This document shows, piece after piece, positions 49,629-62,134 of a stretch of 64,000 nt of DNA. This DNA comes from Puccinia triticina (lineage: Eukaryota). The DNA is taken from contig CP110439.1 in assembly GCA_026914245.1 (NCBI GenBank), positions 3,038,001-3,102,000 of the forward strand, read 5' to 3'. How positions within the stretch are numbered: position 1 is the first letter of the stretch; each line of letters begins with the position of its first letter. Position numbers and translations under genes: made by a program. Below the pieces are notes generated by a model. The model ran no database searches, had not been told where the DNA came from, and worked only from the letters and a program-made list of their open reading frames with translations.

Positions 49629-50168
49629 TCTCATCACAACTCCATTTTGTTCATATCCATATATCTTTCATCTTTCATTTTTTGTCTTAATCTGCCATGT
49701 CATCTGTTACCTTTGTTGAGATTGATGTTCATTTTAGATTTGTCAAACTTGTGATCTGGTGCTGCCAATTAATCAATCTATGATTACTCAAGACCTGCAG
49801 CACCCTAATACTAGTTTCAAGATTCATGTGTTTTTAATCTCACACTCTTACATAATTTGAGCTTCATGAACTGGAAGAGGCAAAGACAACATGGAAAGAG
49901 ACCCCTCTCCTACTATTCCCCCGCTGGAGAAAGGTATGGTCCGTGCCCTTCTGACTTCTGATCCCCACGAATTCCCCATCAGAAGATATCAGACTCTTAC
50001 ATCTGGATCAATAGGTTCATGTGTTGCGTGTTGGTACATGCAGTATGAATCTCCACACCCAGCGAGAGCAAAAGGATTTATCAAATTTTCATCGGTTCTA
50101 GTTCGATAGCGATAGACAGAGAACAAGGAAAGTGGGTAGGGTAGTGGGGATGGGAAGAGGATCTGAGT

Positions 50169-51560
50169 TTATTTCCCGACGTGTTTGCCTTTGGGACGTT
50201 GTTTGACAACCATTTGGTTGCCCCGAGGGCCTGGTCGACGGGTACGCAATCCTTTCGCCTTCAGTCCCGCTGGAGAGACTGGCTGTTTGTTGGATTTCGA
50301 TTTCCCTCTTCCTCCACCTAACGGATGATCGACCCTGTGGAAAAAAACAAAGGCGATTGTTTTAGCAAGCCCATCTTTTGAAAAAAAGAAGAAAAGAAAA
50401 ACCTGGAGAAAGAATGAAAGGAAGCGGTGAGAGGGACGGAACTTGTTCATGGCTACTCCTCGAACTCTCGGCCGTCGACCAAGCCATCGTACTCGCCCAG
50501 CCTTTCCAAGTTTCCGACCTTGCCAATGTGGGTTACTGACTGAGCCGATAGTTGCACAGGCGTCCATGTGGACGAAACGAATCTCGCCGCTCTGGAGTTT
50601 GATCTGGGCGTAATCGCCCTGGTGGTCTTGGAGATCGTGCAAGTCTCTCTGGTCGGAGTTTCGATCCTGCCCTGCTGCTCGTTGTTGCTGTTCTTGTTGG
50701 ACGGATGGGGTTTGTTTGGAGGATGATTTCGTCTTGCGGTGATGGTGTCCTAACGAGACCACTTTAGCAAACGTACCTGCCGACCGGACCAAACTGGCTT
50801 TCCCGTCTGGCTTAAGTGAGATCGCATGGATCGTCGTCCCGGCTGGGATCAGTCTGATCGGTAGATAGTTGCCCGGCTTGATCGTCAACGTCCGAAGCAA
50901 TCCTAAGGTCAGGGTCGAGGTTGACACCTCCTTGGCACTGATCAATTCGCTTTCCCCCTTAGAGTCAACCGTCGATGATTCACGTGCTGAATCTGTTGCA
51001 GGAGTTGGCTGGTCTAAGATAGAGTTGGAAGAATTTAGCAAGTCCTTAGGGATCCCGGTCTTGAAGCTCTGGACGATCTGTCCTGGACGGAGGTTGAGCG
51101 GGGCGAGGATGTAAGATAGTGTGCCAGATTGGAGATGTTTGATGAGCGCGATATGGGCCGATCTTCCGGGATCGTATTCGATCCTGACGACGACCTGGGG
51201 GCCAGACTGGTTCCTGTGGAAGTCGACCATCCTGAGCCTCTGCTTGTGTCCTCCGCCGAGATGCCTGGTGGTGATCCGACCCGAGTTATTCCTCCCGCCG
51301 GTCTTCTTCTTGGGCAGCGTCAGTGGGAGATGACATCGTCCCTTATACAGGTGGTCGTTCCTGGGCAGCCGTAGATGGCGGATGGCGGGCGTGACCGGCT
51401 TGTATATCTTGAAGTTCTTGTCCACCTGGTTCTTCTTCCGTTGTCCCCAAACAAACAGCTGCTGTCCGATCGAGAACTTGCTGGCCTGTTGCTGGCTGAG
51501 AGGGTTGAGCAGTTTGCTCGCTGCCCTCGTTCTCCCGAGGATTGTTCTGAGAGTGGCCAT
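50169..51560 (-). CDS. RML2: Mitochondrial ribosomal protein uL2m (one intron at ~50335-50441)
   Basis: GGRNNSGRITTRHLGGGHK, RIEYDPGRSAHIAL, RSAGTFA, GKAGRVRWLGRRPRVRGVAMN and DHPLGGG. Basic presequence-like N-terminus from the ATG at 51560. Confidence 0.93.
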   Translation of the reverse strand: MATLRTILGRTRAASKLLNPLSQQQASKFSIGQQLFVWGQRKKNQVDKNFKIYKPVTPAIRHLRLPRNDHLYKGRCHLPLTLPKKKTGGRNNSGRITTRHLGGGHKQRLRMVDFHRNQSGPQVVVRIEYDPGRSAHIALIKHLQSGTLSYILAPLNLRPGQIVQSFKTGIPKDLLNSSNSILDQPTPATDSARESSTVDSKGESELISAKEVSTSTLTLGLLRTLTIKPGNYLPIRLIPAGTTIHAISLKPDGKASLVRSAGTFAKVVSLGHHHRKTKSSSKQTPSVQQEQQQRAAGQDRNSDQRDLHDLQDHQGDYAQIKLQSGEIRFVHMDACATIGSVSNPHWQGRKLGKAGRVRWLGRRPRVRGVAMNKFRPSHRFLSFFLQVFLFFFFSKDGLAKTIAFVFFHRVDHPLGGGRGKSKSNKQPVSPAGLKAKGLRTRRPGPRGNQMVVKQRPKGKHVGK

Positions 51561-52209
51561 CCTCGGCGGAGTGTTCGTGCTGGTTGACGCTCGGCGCAGA
51601 GTCGGGCTGGGCCAATCGACCGGACTGAGCAAAACTTCCCGCCCTTTCACTGGCAAGCCCCGCCAGAAAAATGGAAACATCCAAACCAGAGAACCATCTT
51701 GGCACTCCAGCTTCCATCACTCATCGTGCCTGTCCCATCAGAGCCATACAACACATACTCACGACAGCCGATCAGGGCTAAGCAAGCTTCTTTTAGTCCA
51801 TTGTGGTCATCTCATTCCCCCCACAGTAGACATGTGAGTATGGACTTGCAAGCTGGAAATACAGCCCAAATTCATTGGCATTAGAAATATATGGCCCAAG
51901 AATTGAGTTATGAAATCCCAATTAATTGCTGTCTGACTGTCTCAAAATCAAATTTTGGCCGCAGCCTGGGTTTAGGGTTGTTGGTCAAATTTGGGCTCAC
52001 TCCCCCAGTATCCAACTTTTCCTTACCAGATAGGACTTGTTTATGAGCTAGTACCACCACGGACGTTTGCTCAGCACCTGTTTATGAGTGCCTTTGCACA
52101 ATTCATGCCAAGGTTTGGTCCAATCCTTGTTAGTTACTGGTTCAAAGTTGGTTTGAAGTTGGTCTGATCTTGGTTCAAAGACCAGGTCATGTAATGCACA
52201 ATCTATACT

Positions 52210-52511
52210 GGAGGACTTCCCGCCAATCTGGAAACCCAGATTTTCCAGGACTTCCCGTCAATCTGGGAACCCCTTCCAGACCCAGATCTGAGCCAAATTT
52301 CGCAGGGAAATTTAGGCTTTGAGACTCTGGGAGGCTCTCAGATTGCTCCCAGATTGCGACGGGAAGTCCTCCACTGGAGGACTTCCCGCCAATCTGGAAA
52401 CCCAGATTTTCCCAGATTTTGCAGGGAAATCTAGGCAGATCTAGGATATGGGACGATTGAGCCCAGATTTCCCCGCAAAATCTGAGTTCCCAGACTGACA
52501 GGAAGTCCTCC
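52210..52511. mobile_element. Two tandem MITEs sharing ACT target duplications
   Basis: ACT-[GGAGGACTTCC...GGAAGTCCTCC]-ACT-[same termini]-ACT. Units are 52210-52372 and 52376-52511. Confidence 0.75.
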
Positions 52512-54018
52512 ACTGATGTTACCTGGAATCATGCCAGATGTTTTGTGTGATGTAAACGTATAATGTACACCATAACTATGTTGAAACCCAGCCCAACTTT
52601 ATGATCAGTTGTACTCAATCTATAATTTTGACCAAAGATAAGAATTTTTTGACCATGATGATTTTTAACCTCTGTGTAAACCCATACCCTACAGGTTGCT
52701 CTGGAACATTCTTTTTATAATTTTCAGCGCACACAGAATTCAAAAGAAGGTGTGTGAGGTGACAGAGTAATTATCAATGCTGCTTGAACTTGGTCCCCTT
52801 GGGCCAAGGTATAATATGGAGAAGGTATCTTATCCTTGCCAAAAATATGCCAGTTTTTCTTAAATCATGATTTTAATCTGGTTTGAATTCGGTGTGCATT
52901 TTCTGAGGGGCTAGCTGGAAGGATTTTTCACACAACTGTGCGCCCGTATGTTTGTGTGACACCTATATTACCACCCAGCCAAGCAATGCTGAGCTGAGTG
53001 CCCACGCAACACCGGAATATTAGATGAAACATTTAAAAGAGTTATATATATTTTCACCTATATGTACACACATTCTTTTGTTGGGATTTTCTATAGTGAT
53101 TAAGAAACCCTGGATAATCTGGGGCTCCCCTGAAATTAGCCCAGACTTCCAACTCTCTTGTGAAAAAAATCATAAAATTTGGTAAAGAAATTATGTGAGA
53201 ATGCTTGCAGCCCAGATGCCTATCTGCCACCTGCAAGACCACAAGGTGGTTGTGGTGATTGATCAGTTAGCAATTTTTCATCATTTCACCAGGGATGTTT
53301 TCATGGCACTTGCATGCAAGTGCTTTCACATAACTATCTTGAACAACCCTTTGGTAACTTCTAGGAAGTGGGTCTGGAGTCAGCTCCACACAAGTTTGTT
53401 GTCAGTATGAAGTCATGTGTAACTCGGTTGAATGTCAAACTCATCAATTAGTCTCATCTTCTGCCAACCTCAGGCTAATTTCATCTTCTAATTCTGGATG
53501 ACCTGGCTCTTATTTTCAGCTTCTGAAAAGGATTTCAGATATTTGTGATAGATCCAATATTTTTCAGAACATGATTATGTTCCACATCCAACAAAACTGT
53601 GTACAATAGTAATACTACTTATGTAAGTGATGATCAATGATCTGTCTCTTTTCTGACAGTGGAAATAAGATTTTTCAGACACCATCATCATTGTTTTGCT
53701 TATTATGCAATTTCTTTTCTGGAGTGGGATTGCACCATGAGACTGAGGTAGCAACCTCACAACTCAGAAACATATTGAGGACAAGCAAACAGCTGCTATA
53801 AGTGTAAATGGTGGTCAGAACACGCAACCAAAAGGAAAGCAGCAAGGCAACAAGGAGCAAATGACGAGAGTGAGAAGAAATGCTCAGGAAATAAGATGAC
53901 AACAAAGGGGGAGACTAAATTTGCACACATGGAGAAATTGTTTTGAGGTAATGATGTAGATGGAGCGGGTGAGCTTTGTGGTTCCGGGGATGTAAGTGGG
54001 GCTTGTGCGTGGACACAC

Positions 54019-55830
54019 TTATTTTGTTGTTTCTGAATTAATGTGAGGTGTTGGCGTTGCCTTTTTCAGCTGGGGGAAGAGGTCTGTACAGTGGATTGTA
54101 GTTTCTCTGGGCCAACAGAAAGTGCAGGAGGGATCCAGGCAACGTTTCCGTTTGCGAAGTTGATGGTTCGGGGGAATGGCCTGATAGAATCTGGGTGATG
54201 ACAGAGGACTGAAGGATAGGGACCCAGGAGAATTGAAATTTGTTGGGCATGGGATTTTCAGCAGATTCAATCGGGTGAGTCAGTTGATCATAAATCTTTG
54301 TCCAGCTGTCCTTGTTGGGATGTTTTCTCCGCTTGGTTGCTTCATCCGCGATCCTGTTGGCCAGCTCGTTTCCCCTGACTCCAGAATGTGGTGGGCACCA
54401 ACCACAAGTAATCTGTGCATCAGCAAGCAGCTGTTGCCAGACGTCCACCATTTTGAGCAGACATTGTGGCCGGGTTTGGTCGCCCCTGGAGGATGCATCC
54501 GCTCCACAACACCTCTGTTTTGGTTGAATATGCCTTGCTCCAAGTTGCTGACAACAGGGGAGGCAGAACCATTTTGATTGGCTCTAATGCCAGTAACAAG
54601 CCTACTGGCTGACTTTTGGTAATTGATTTGAGGGTTGAGGTTCCCAATCCCAGGCGCGCACAATAACCGAGGTCACAATCAGGCGGACCGCAGCCGCCGC
54701 ACGTCCTCGCCACTCCTTGTATGATCCATCCGTGAATATTGCCTGGGAGTGACACTGAGGGGTAAGGCGTCGCAGCATGATTCTACTGCCAGCTTCGCTT
54801 GCTCTTTTGTTGCTGACATGTTCATATGAGAGAGTTGCCTCTTGTCAGTCTCACATGATGGGCTATATCGAATGAACATCCCCTGGACAGTGCCCCCCCT
54901 TATTGTTAATGAGGAACAGCTCCATGGTCGGAGGGGAATGGGGTGCAATCCAGTTTGCTTCCCTTGTCCCTCTGCCACATGGGATATCCTGCACCCTGGA
55001 GTTGCCCGATCTGATTGCATGCGTTCTGGCAATACAGCTTAGGCTGCGAGCCTGGCTTTCAAGATGCATTTCGTGGTCGGGCGGACAGCCAAATTTGCTT
55101 GGTGCCAAACAATTTAAGTCAACTTGAATGCGCCTGAGGTGCAGGTTGCCAAGCAGTCCTCAACTTTCTCGACAACAGTTCTGACTTTGCTATGATTTAG
55201 CTGGAAGCCCAAACAGGTGCCCCACAGGTGATAAGAGGACCGACAAGGGCGGCCATCACTTAAAGTGATCCTTGCCGCTAAATCCTCATGTGTTTTTCAT
55301 GGCGCTCCAGACTTGGTGAACGTTTTTGTGATTCATTCTGAAACCATTTCAAAGTTGACAGATTAGTTTAACTTTGGGGTTTCACAGAATCCCTAGCCAC
55401 ATAGCCGTCCAGGCTTTCTTGAGGCTTTGCTTGCCTAATACAAAGGTGGTATCCGGAAGGACCTTTCTAGAGCACCAGATGAATTGGACTTTCTTCTTCT
55501 CAAAGATACATAGCCCCATACCTTGAACCCCACTTCAGCGGGAGGGCTGCCTCCAAAGTCAATTCCGGAAATGGAACTTGGGGACCTGGCAGCCACAAGG
55601 TGTACAACATCATTGATGCAACCTATTGTCACCTTCTCACCAATCGAGAACGGTTTGGCGAATAATTTGTTGTGGCACATAGTGTACAGTATCATTGAGA
55701 GAGGGGAGCCCTGGGGAACCCCTATAGCCGCATCAAACTGGGGGGAAATACAATTATCTATCCTAGTTTGACGGCCCGCCAAAAAGGATTCCATGATCCC
55801 AATTCGGTATGCCGGGCACTTCTTCAGGTA
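54019..55830 (-). mobile_element. Decayed non-LTR retrotransposon (LINE; RT and RNase H remnants)
   Basis: GVPQGSPLSMILY, a degenerate YxDD (CINDV) and RNase H WCPPHSGVRGNELANRIA. Many frameshifts. Confidence 0.8.
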
Positions 55831-58800
55831 AGAGGCTATCCAGCAGATAAGGCGTTACAGACCGGTAAGGTGGCTTGACATCAGGGAAAATAATGGGCAG
55901 GGAGTGCAGAAACTGAATGTTAGTTTGATTTGATGATATTGGGAACAGCAGAGATCAAACTCAATTTCAGAAGAGGGGGTCCAAGTAGATGCTGAGTTCA
56001 GCAGCACTCAATTTGCATTACAAACGGACTGAAATCTGTCTGCCTTTCGAACATCAGCCAGGCCTGAAGAGATGCACAGGCCAACAGAAACCACTTTCTC
56101 CAATAGACAGGGCAGAAAGACAACCAGGGGGGAGAAACCAAATCAACTATTAAGACCAGGCCCCCCAGACCAAAAGCATTGACCCTGCAATGAGACCAGG
56201 AAAGGAAGAGGGAGGAGTAATGAATGTAGGGCTCACTGAGTCTCTCCATTGACAGTGGAGGAGCCATTGGAACCACTGTTGGTGGCGCTGGGATCACGGG
56301 GAGGCGCTGAAAAGTCTGTGATTTCTGGTCAACAAAGGAGAGAATCGCGTGTTGGTGGTTGTGTTGTGATGTCAGTCAGTCAAACAACTGATTCGGAAAT
56401 TGGGTAATGCAGCGTGAAGGGTCTTCATGGATTGATGATCACCCAATCATCAATCAAGCATTAGTGAACGGCGAGACAAAAGATTGATGGAGTAAAGAAT
56501 CGATGAAATTCATGTTCTAATTATTGCTTGGATTGATCACCGTTCTTTAATTGAGAAGTAAAATAACACATACTATGTTCATCGCGCTCTCGATGCTGGT
56601 GCGTAGACGCCAGTCCAAAACAATCTAAATTGCTGGCTTCCGCAAAGGACATAATATCTTGGGTCAGCTGATGGCTCATTGGGAGTTGAACAGCAGAGAG
56701 TATAGAAAAGAAACCAATGATGCTTTCTATATTGAATTTATTTCTGGAAAACACAAGTGCATTTGTCTGATTGATCAGCCAATCAACAAATCAGGTGATC
56801 GATGAATCGATCGTACAGCAAATGGAGGCAAGAGAGACAGGAAGGATTTTACCGTTCACATTCTCAGTACTAGTGTGTGTTATGATAACAGGTACTTGCA
56901 AAGAAACTCAGCAGTCAAGCTTTGCTTTCCAGTTGGAGATTGCTGTTCGGCTTTTGATCAGGCGATCAATACCTGCCAACAGGAGGTGAAAAAACAAGGG
57001 AGATAAGGTGTGACACCAAGACGGTGACTATCATGGAACCGGAGAGTGAGGTGAAGTTGAGAAGAGGGAAAGAGACCAGAGTGAGCTGTGGTGATCGGAG
57101 AGAATGTTTTTTCTTTGTTGATGGGTGACCCGGTGCAAGGCCAATTGGCGGCAACTTTTATGTACATGTTTGAGAAAGCCCAAATGGGGTTTGGGTCACA
57201 CCGCCCAGCCCAAGCTTCAGCTCGCCGATCATGCTGAGCTGGTGCTTGCAAGTGGAGTTGCAGCCGAGTTGAAAAAAAATAAACGTATACACCCATTGAG
57301 GCACATTTTTCTGATGATGATATCATGGCAGTGGCGTGGGGCCCGGAAATTTTGCACGCTGACAGCTCAGATCAACCCGGTGAAGCACAATGATGTTGCA
57401 CAAAACAATTAATTGCAACATGGGCAATAGCAAAAACCAGTCACTTCTGTGGGATGGGAGCCTGCTAAAATTCTATCCATCAACTTTTTCACCAATAGGG
57501 ATGCTGACTTGAGGGATCGGTCACCGTAAAACAGCCAGTGGGAGAGATGAAGACACACTCAACTAGCTCTACGTATTCATCTCAGCATCTGAGAGCGAAA
57601 AACATGATGTGATAGCATGCACAGTATCCACATTCAAAATGTAGGCACTAGGCCTCATGCACATCATGCACATGAGATCGCTGCCAATGGCAAAAGAGCT
57701 GAAGCATCATGGCAAGAAAACCCCGAAGGGACAAAAGGCAATTACAACATCCTGAAAAAAGCTCCCGGGCAGACCCCTTGACTTTGGGAGTCCCGGGGAT
57801 GTGAAACTAGATCATGTCAGTGGAGCTGTGAAGTACAAGTTCATAAGGGCAAGCGTGTCGATGCGAATTCAGTGAGGAGGACTGTGATTTTCCGCTCAGC
57901 GACATTGAATTGGAGAAGGATATATGGACCTATGGTGTAATCAAGTTACGAAACTCAAGTTCAGCTTGTCTGCGAAACCTCATCAGGAAAGGAGAAAACA
58001 CTGGACCTGAGGTGTGTGACACTTTGCAGGGGATGTTGCGGACAGATCCTTGCATCAGCAGAGAAGAAGCTTAATACCGAAAATGTGTGCTTTGGCTTGC
58101 AATCTGATTGACATGAGAGTGCAAAGAGACTCACCAAGCGACATGGGACAGACAAATTATGCTATGAGCTGCTTAAAAATGGCAAAGTGATCATCCTACC
58201 GTGAGGCGGCTGTTGACGCAGTTGTTAGGTTTCCCGAGCTGCAGAAGGTGTGCCTCTTTTGGATCCCTTGCATATGAGTGTATGGATATGACTAGTGATC
58301 CGTCTATCGTGTGTGTAGTGCGAGGGGCCTGTCAACACATTCAACCTTTTTTGTCGCTGCTGAGGATCAGGCGGGGAACAAGCTGAGTGACCATACTGGA
58401 AGTATGCAGGTCCAATGCGCTGCCTTCAGCTTTGGGAGTTGGCAACGTTGGATCTTGATGGAGATGATTAGTGGAGAAGCACACCTTAATTTCATTGAAG
58501 CTTGTTGGAAAGGGTTTTAAGTGAAAGACAGGACGTATTAAGATATCTGCAAGGAGCTTTTGCCAAATTTTACGCTTGCGTGGAGTGATTGCATGGACGG
58601 GGTTCCTTGGGCAAAATGAGCAAAATTATAAAATACACATACTCTTCCTGATCATCCATACTTTGTGACAGGCATCTGAAGGAACAAATTTGACTGGACA
58701 ACACGCCAGAGGTTGGGATTTTCTGTTAGGGATGCGGTGGATCCGTATTACCAACGGCATTTGTTCTCAAAGAGGGCAAGTCTACAAGGTGGGTTACAAA

Positions 58801-59191
58801 GAGTTGGAAATAATGGTGAACTGTTTCTGTGAGACCGTGGCTGCCCTATTTTGAACAGTATGCACATTGCAAACCAGGAAGTGAACATCATTGAGGTATT
58901 GGTACATCAGTTTGGTTGCAGGACATGTGGCTAGACCTGACATGCTGCAGGAGGGAGTCGCATGACTCGGATCATGTATCAAATGCAACGGAAAACGGTG
59001 TTGGGTGTCAGCTTGAGCCAGGGCAACAGAGACCTTTCTGGGCAACAAACTCGAGATGTTTGTCGCATCCAAGATTTGGTGGCAATTGTTGAATAGGTGA
59101 GGATCTCGGCCGCGGTTACCTCAACAAGATTTCCGCCTGGGTTAATAATGCTGGCAAGGTGGTGAGATCCTCCGGCCTAAAAATAGCTGTG

Positions 59192-59227
59192 TGTCATGAA
59201 AACGTACGCGCGTACGTTTTCATGACA
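59192..59227. repeat. 36-bp perfect palindrome
   Basis: TGTCATGAAAACGTACGCGCGTACGTTTTCATGACA. Confidence 0.95.
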
Positions 59228-59854
59228 AGACCACGACCACCCACGCATAGTTGTGGGCAGAGGGTCATCTTTGGTGTTTGGCACCTACCATGCAGCTTTT
59301 TTGACGTAAGATTGATGCAGCCTCAAGCCGTCTGGCATTGTTGGTTGACAAAGGCCTCAAACATGTTAAATTGGTTTGGAAAATGTGTTGGTCGACTGAA
59401 TGCTGTAGAAAAATAATGGACAACCAACAAACAGTGTAGTCCATCTGGCCGCGGCCGTCAGAGTAGTGTTTGGTTTAACAAACCACCATCCTTTCTGCCC
59501 TGCCCAAACAAATGCCCCACACACCAAACAGCAGCCATTGTATTGATCTTACCTGGGTTCCCTTTGGAATCCCCGGTTGAATGCCCAGACATTGTTTGGC
59601 TCATAAGCTCCATCAAAACAAACTCCTTGGTAGTGGTGGTACATTTGGCTGGGTGGGGGGCCAATTGCTGCAGCTGTGCTCCCTTTGTGTGAAAAGTCAA
59701 AGGGGGAAAGCAGCCGCTGGGATCTGGTGTTACGGTGACAAAATCTTGTAGACATGATCCTCCTGAACTGACTTAAAGGCCAGGAAAGATGAAGCTCTGG
59801 CCCACATCATCCCCCCCGTAGCCTCGTCCTCATCTCTCGAATTGCCCGATTAGT

Positions 59855-60776
59855 TTGCCTTTTTGCAAAACTGATGTGATGTTTGAGATATCCGGAAACC
59901 TCCACATTTCTCTTGCTGAGATCTCTTCAATTCATGGCGCGTCAGATCATACAATCCATCTTACTAGTGTGATTAGTTCCCCTGACATCGTCCAACACAG
60001 TGAATATTCAGAACTCTCCAAATTCCACATCATTCTGCAGTCGAATAGTCCATACCCTCCTCCTTTTATGCATGAACCAGAGACAGAGATCTTCTTCACT
60101 GGGCACCTCGTTGCTAGTATGGCAGGTAGTATCCCGGTGATTGTCGTGGGAAAAGGAAAGTGGGTGGTCCACTGTGGCCAACACTTCGAGCTGGTTGAGG
60201 AATTTCACAAGGCCCGCGTCTGGGGATCTGGATATGTAACGGGTGTCAATTATAACCGGACCGCTTTTCGACGAATTTATGTGACTGTTCAGGACCCATC
60301 TACCAAGCCGGTGTGTAGTCTGATCAGTCAGAGGGTGTGAGTTTATTATATGTTTTGGCTGATCATGACCTCATGTTACCTCATTTCAGGGAGCCCGCAT
60401 ACGACTTCTTGCCTGGGACTCGGAGGTTTTGGATCAGATGCGTCAGCTCAAACGTGGGGACTGGATCAAGTTTGGCGGGAAGGTTGGGATTGATGCGTAC
60501 AAGGACCTTCACATTGCGGAAACAACAGTATGTTATTGGCTCTACATCAGCATTCCTCTCATCCTGATAATGCCTTGTTAACCGGGAATGCTGCACTTTT
60601 GGAAGGTCAACACCATGGACCTCTTGGGACGATCAGAATCAACTCGATATTTCCTCAGGCCTGATCCCAAAAAGATCCAAATGTTGAGAGTAGACGATTG
60701 GGCCCTCAAGAAGCTGCAAAAGAAACAACAAGGCAAAAAGAGATCATCCCAGTCATCCTTGCTTAGATTTCAATAA
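59855..60776 (+). CDS. Hypothetical spliced gene or relic of unknown function
   Basis: 161-aa ORF followed by intron-like segments and short ORFs. No recognisable domain. Confidence 0.35.
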
Positions 60777-62134
60777 AAACGATCACATTTCTATCATATT
60801 TGACCTTTCCGAGTTCCAGAATAAAAACCACTTATTTCAACAGTGGACTTCCCTCTTGTTATTCATCCATTCATTGCCTCTTTTTCCTCGATGCTGCTAA
60901 GAAAAACGTATGAAAATGTATCTTAAATCAAAACTAATCCTTAGTTTTACTCGTAAACCGCCGCCATGCTTGTGATATCTCAAGCGCTCTTTTCTGTGGA
61001 TTAACTGTCATGTTTACTGTGTTTCTCCATCTTCTTCACACGAGATAGGTCAAAATTGTCGTGCCTGCAACCCACCGTTGGTTTGGGAATCCCAAGGGGT
61101 AAACTTGCAGCCTACTTCCATAGTAAAAGCCTGCCTGATCACATTACAGCTGACCGCCAGGGCGGACATAATCGGACATACAGGCTGGCACTGTAAACTG
61201 CAGAGTACACTGTAATTCTCCCGCGCAGCAAGTGTGGCCACTCAACTTCACTGCGCGCCTCCTTCAACCCCGATCTCCCCTGGGGGGGACTATCGAGAAG
61301 AAGCGGTGGTGAATCATGATTCACTGACTTCAACAGTTCATGATTGACTCTCAACTTATTTGATGAGTTCTCACTTGAGTAGATATACGTTTTAATGATT
61401 TGATTTTCCTTTTTTTACAAGTTCATGAGTTTCTTGGGATAAGAGTGGATGGTCGAGCACCACCAGGCCTCAAGAAAGAGGAAGGTTCTAGTGGTGACCA
61501 TTCCATGCGCTCACTGGTATGTAAAATCATGATTTATGTCTCATTGATGTGTGACACCGGGGGGGAGGGCTAACAGCAGAAGTTCTGGTGCTTTGAGAAG
61601 GTGTTTTGGATGGCGGCACAAGTTGGATCTCTCCTTGCCGGGGCAGGCAGGTCACCCTTCAAAAGGGGGGGGCGGATAACAATTTTCACATGTTTACTCT
61701 GTATTGGGTGAGACTTATGCGAAACTTATCACAAAAGTGTGTCCTCCTGTTACACAGCGAGGTATCAAGGTGTGAGTGCAAGCAAGACAAATCTGGTGGA
61801 TTGTGGGGAGAAGAAAATCAGCGGAGGTCATGGGCGTTTTTACTCTCAAATGATTTCTCAAATCCAAAATTGGCATTCGGTTCCATCTGACATAAGGATA
61901 GCTCCACGGTTTGGAATTCCCCAAAAGACAACATTTTGAATGGAAGTCATAATTTCGGATGGTGAAAGTTACCATGAACCAAGTGAAACAAAAGAGACGG
62001 GTGTTTCACATTGCTTGCAACATGAGAGAAGCCCACACAAGAAGCATAACAAAATAGGATATGTAGGCAGGTCGGTTGAGGTCGGATAAGGAAGTAGGGA
62101 ATGGGGGATCACAAACTACAAAATGAAGCTTGCC

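Noticed and set aside
51561..51680. N-terminal extension of uL2m in the ORF track
   Set aside because: The downstream ATG at 51560 gives a more typical mitochondrial presequence, so the extension is unsupported.
58800..58860. OTU protease-like motif (MVNCFCETVAALF)
   Set aside because: Too short, flanked by stops, and no other OTU motif is visible.
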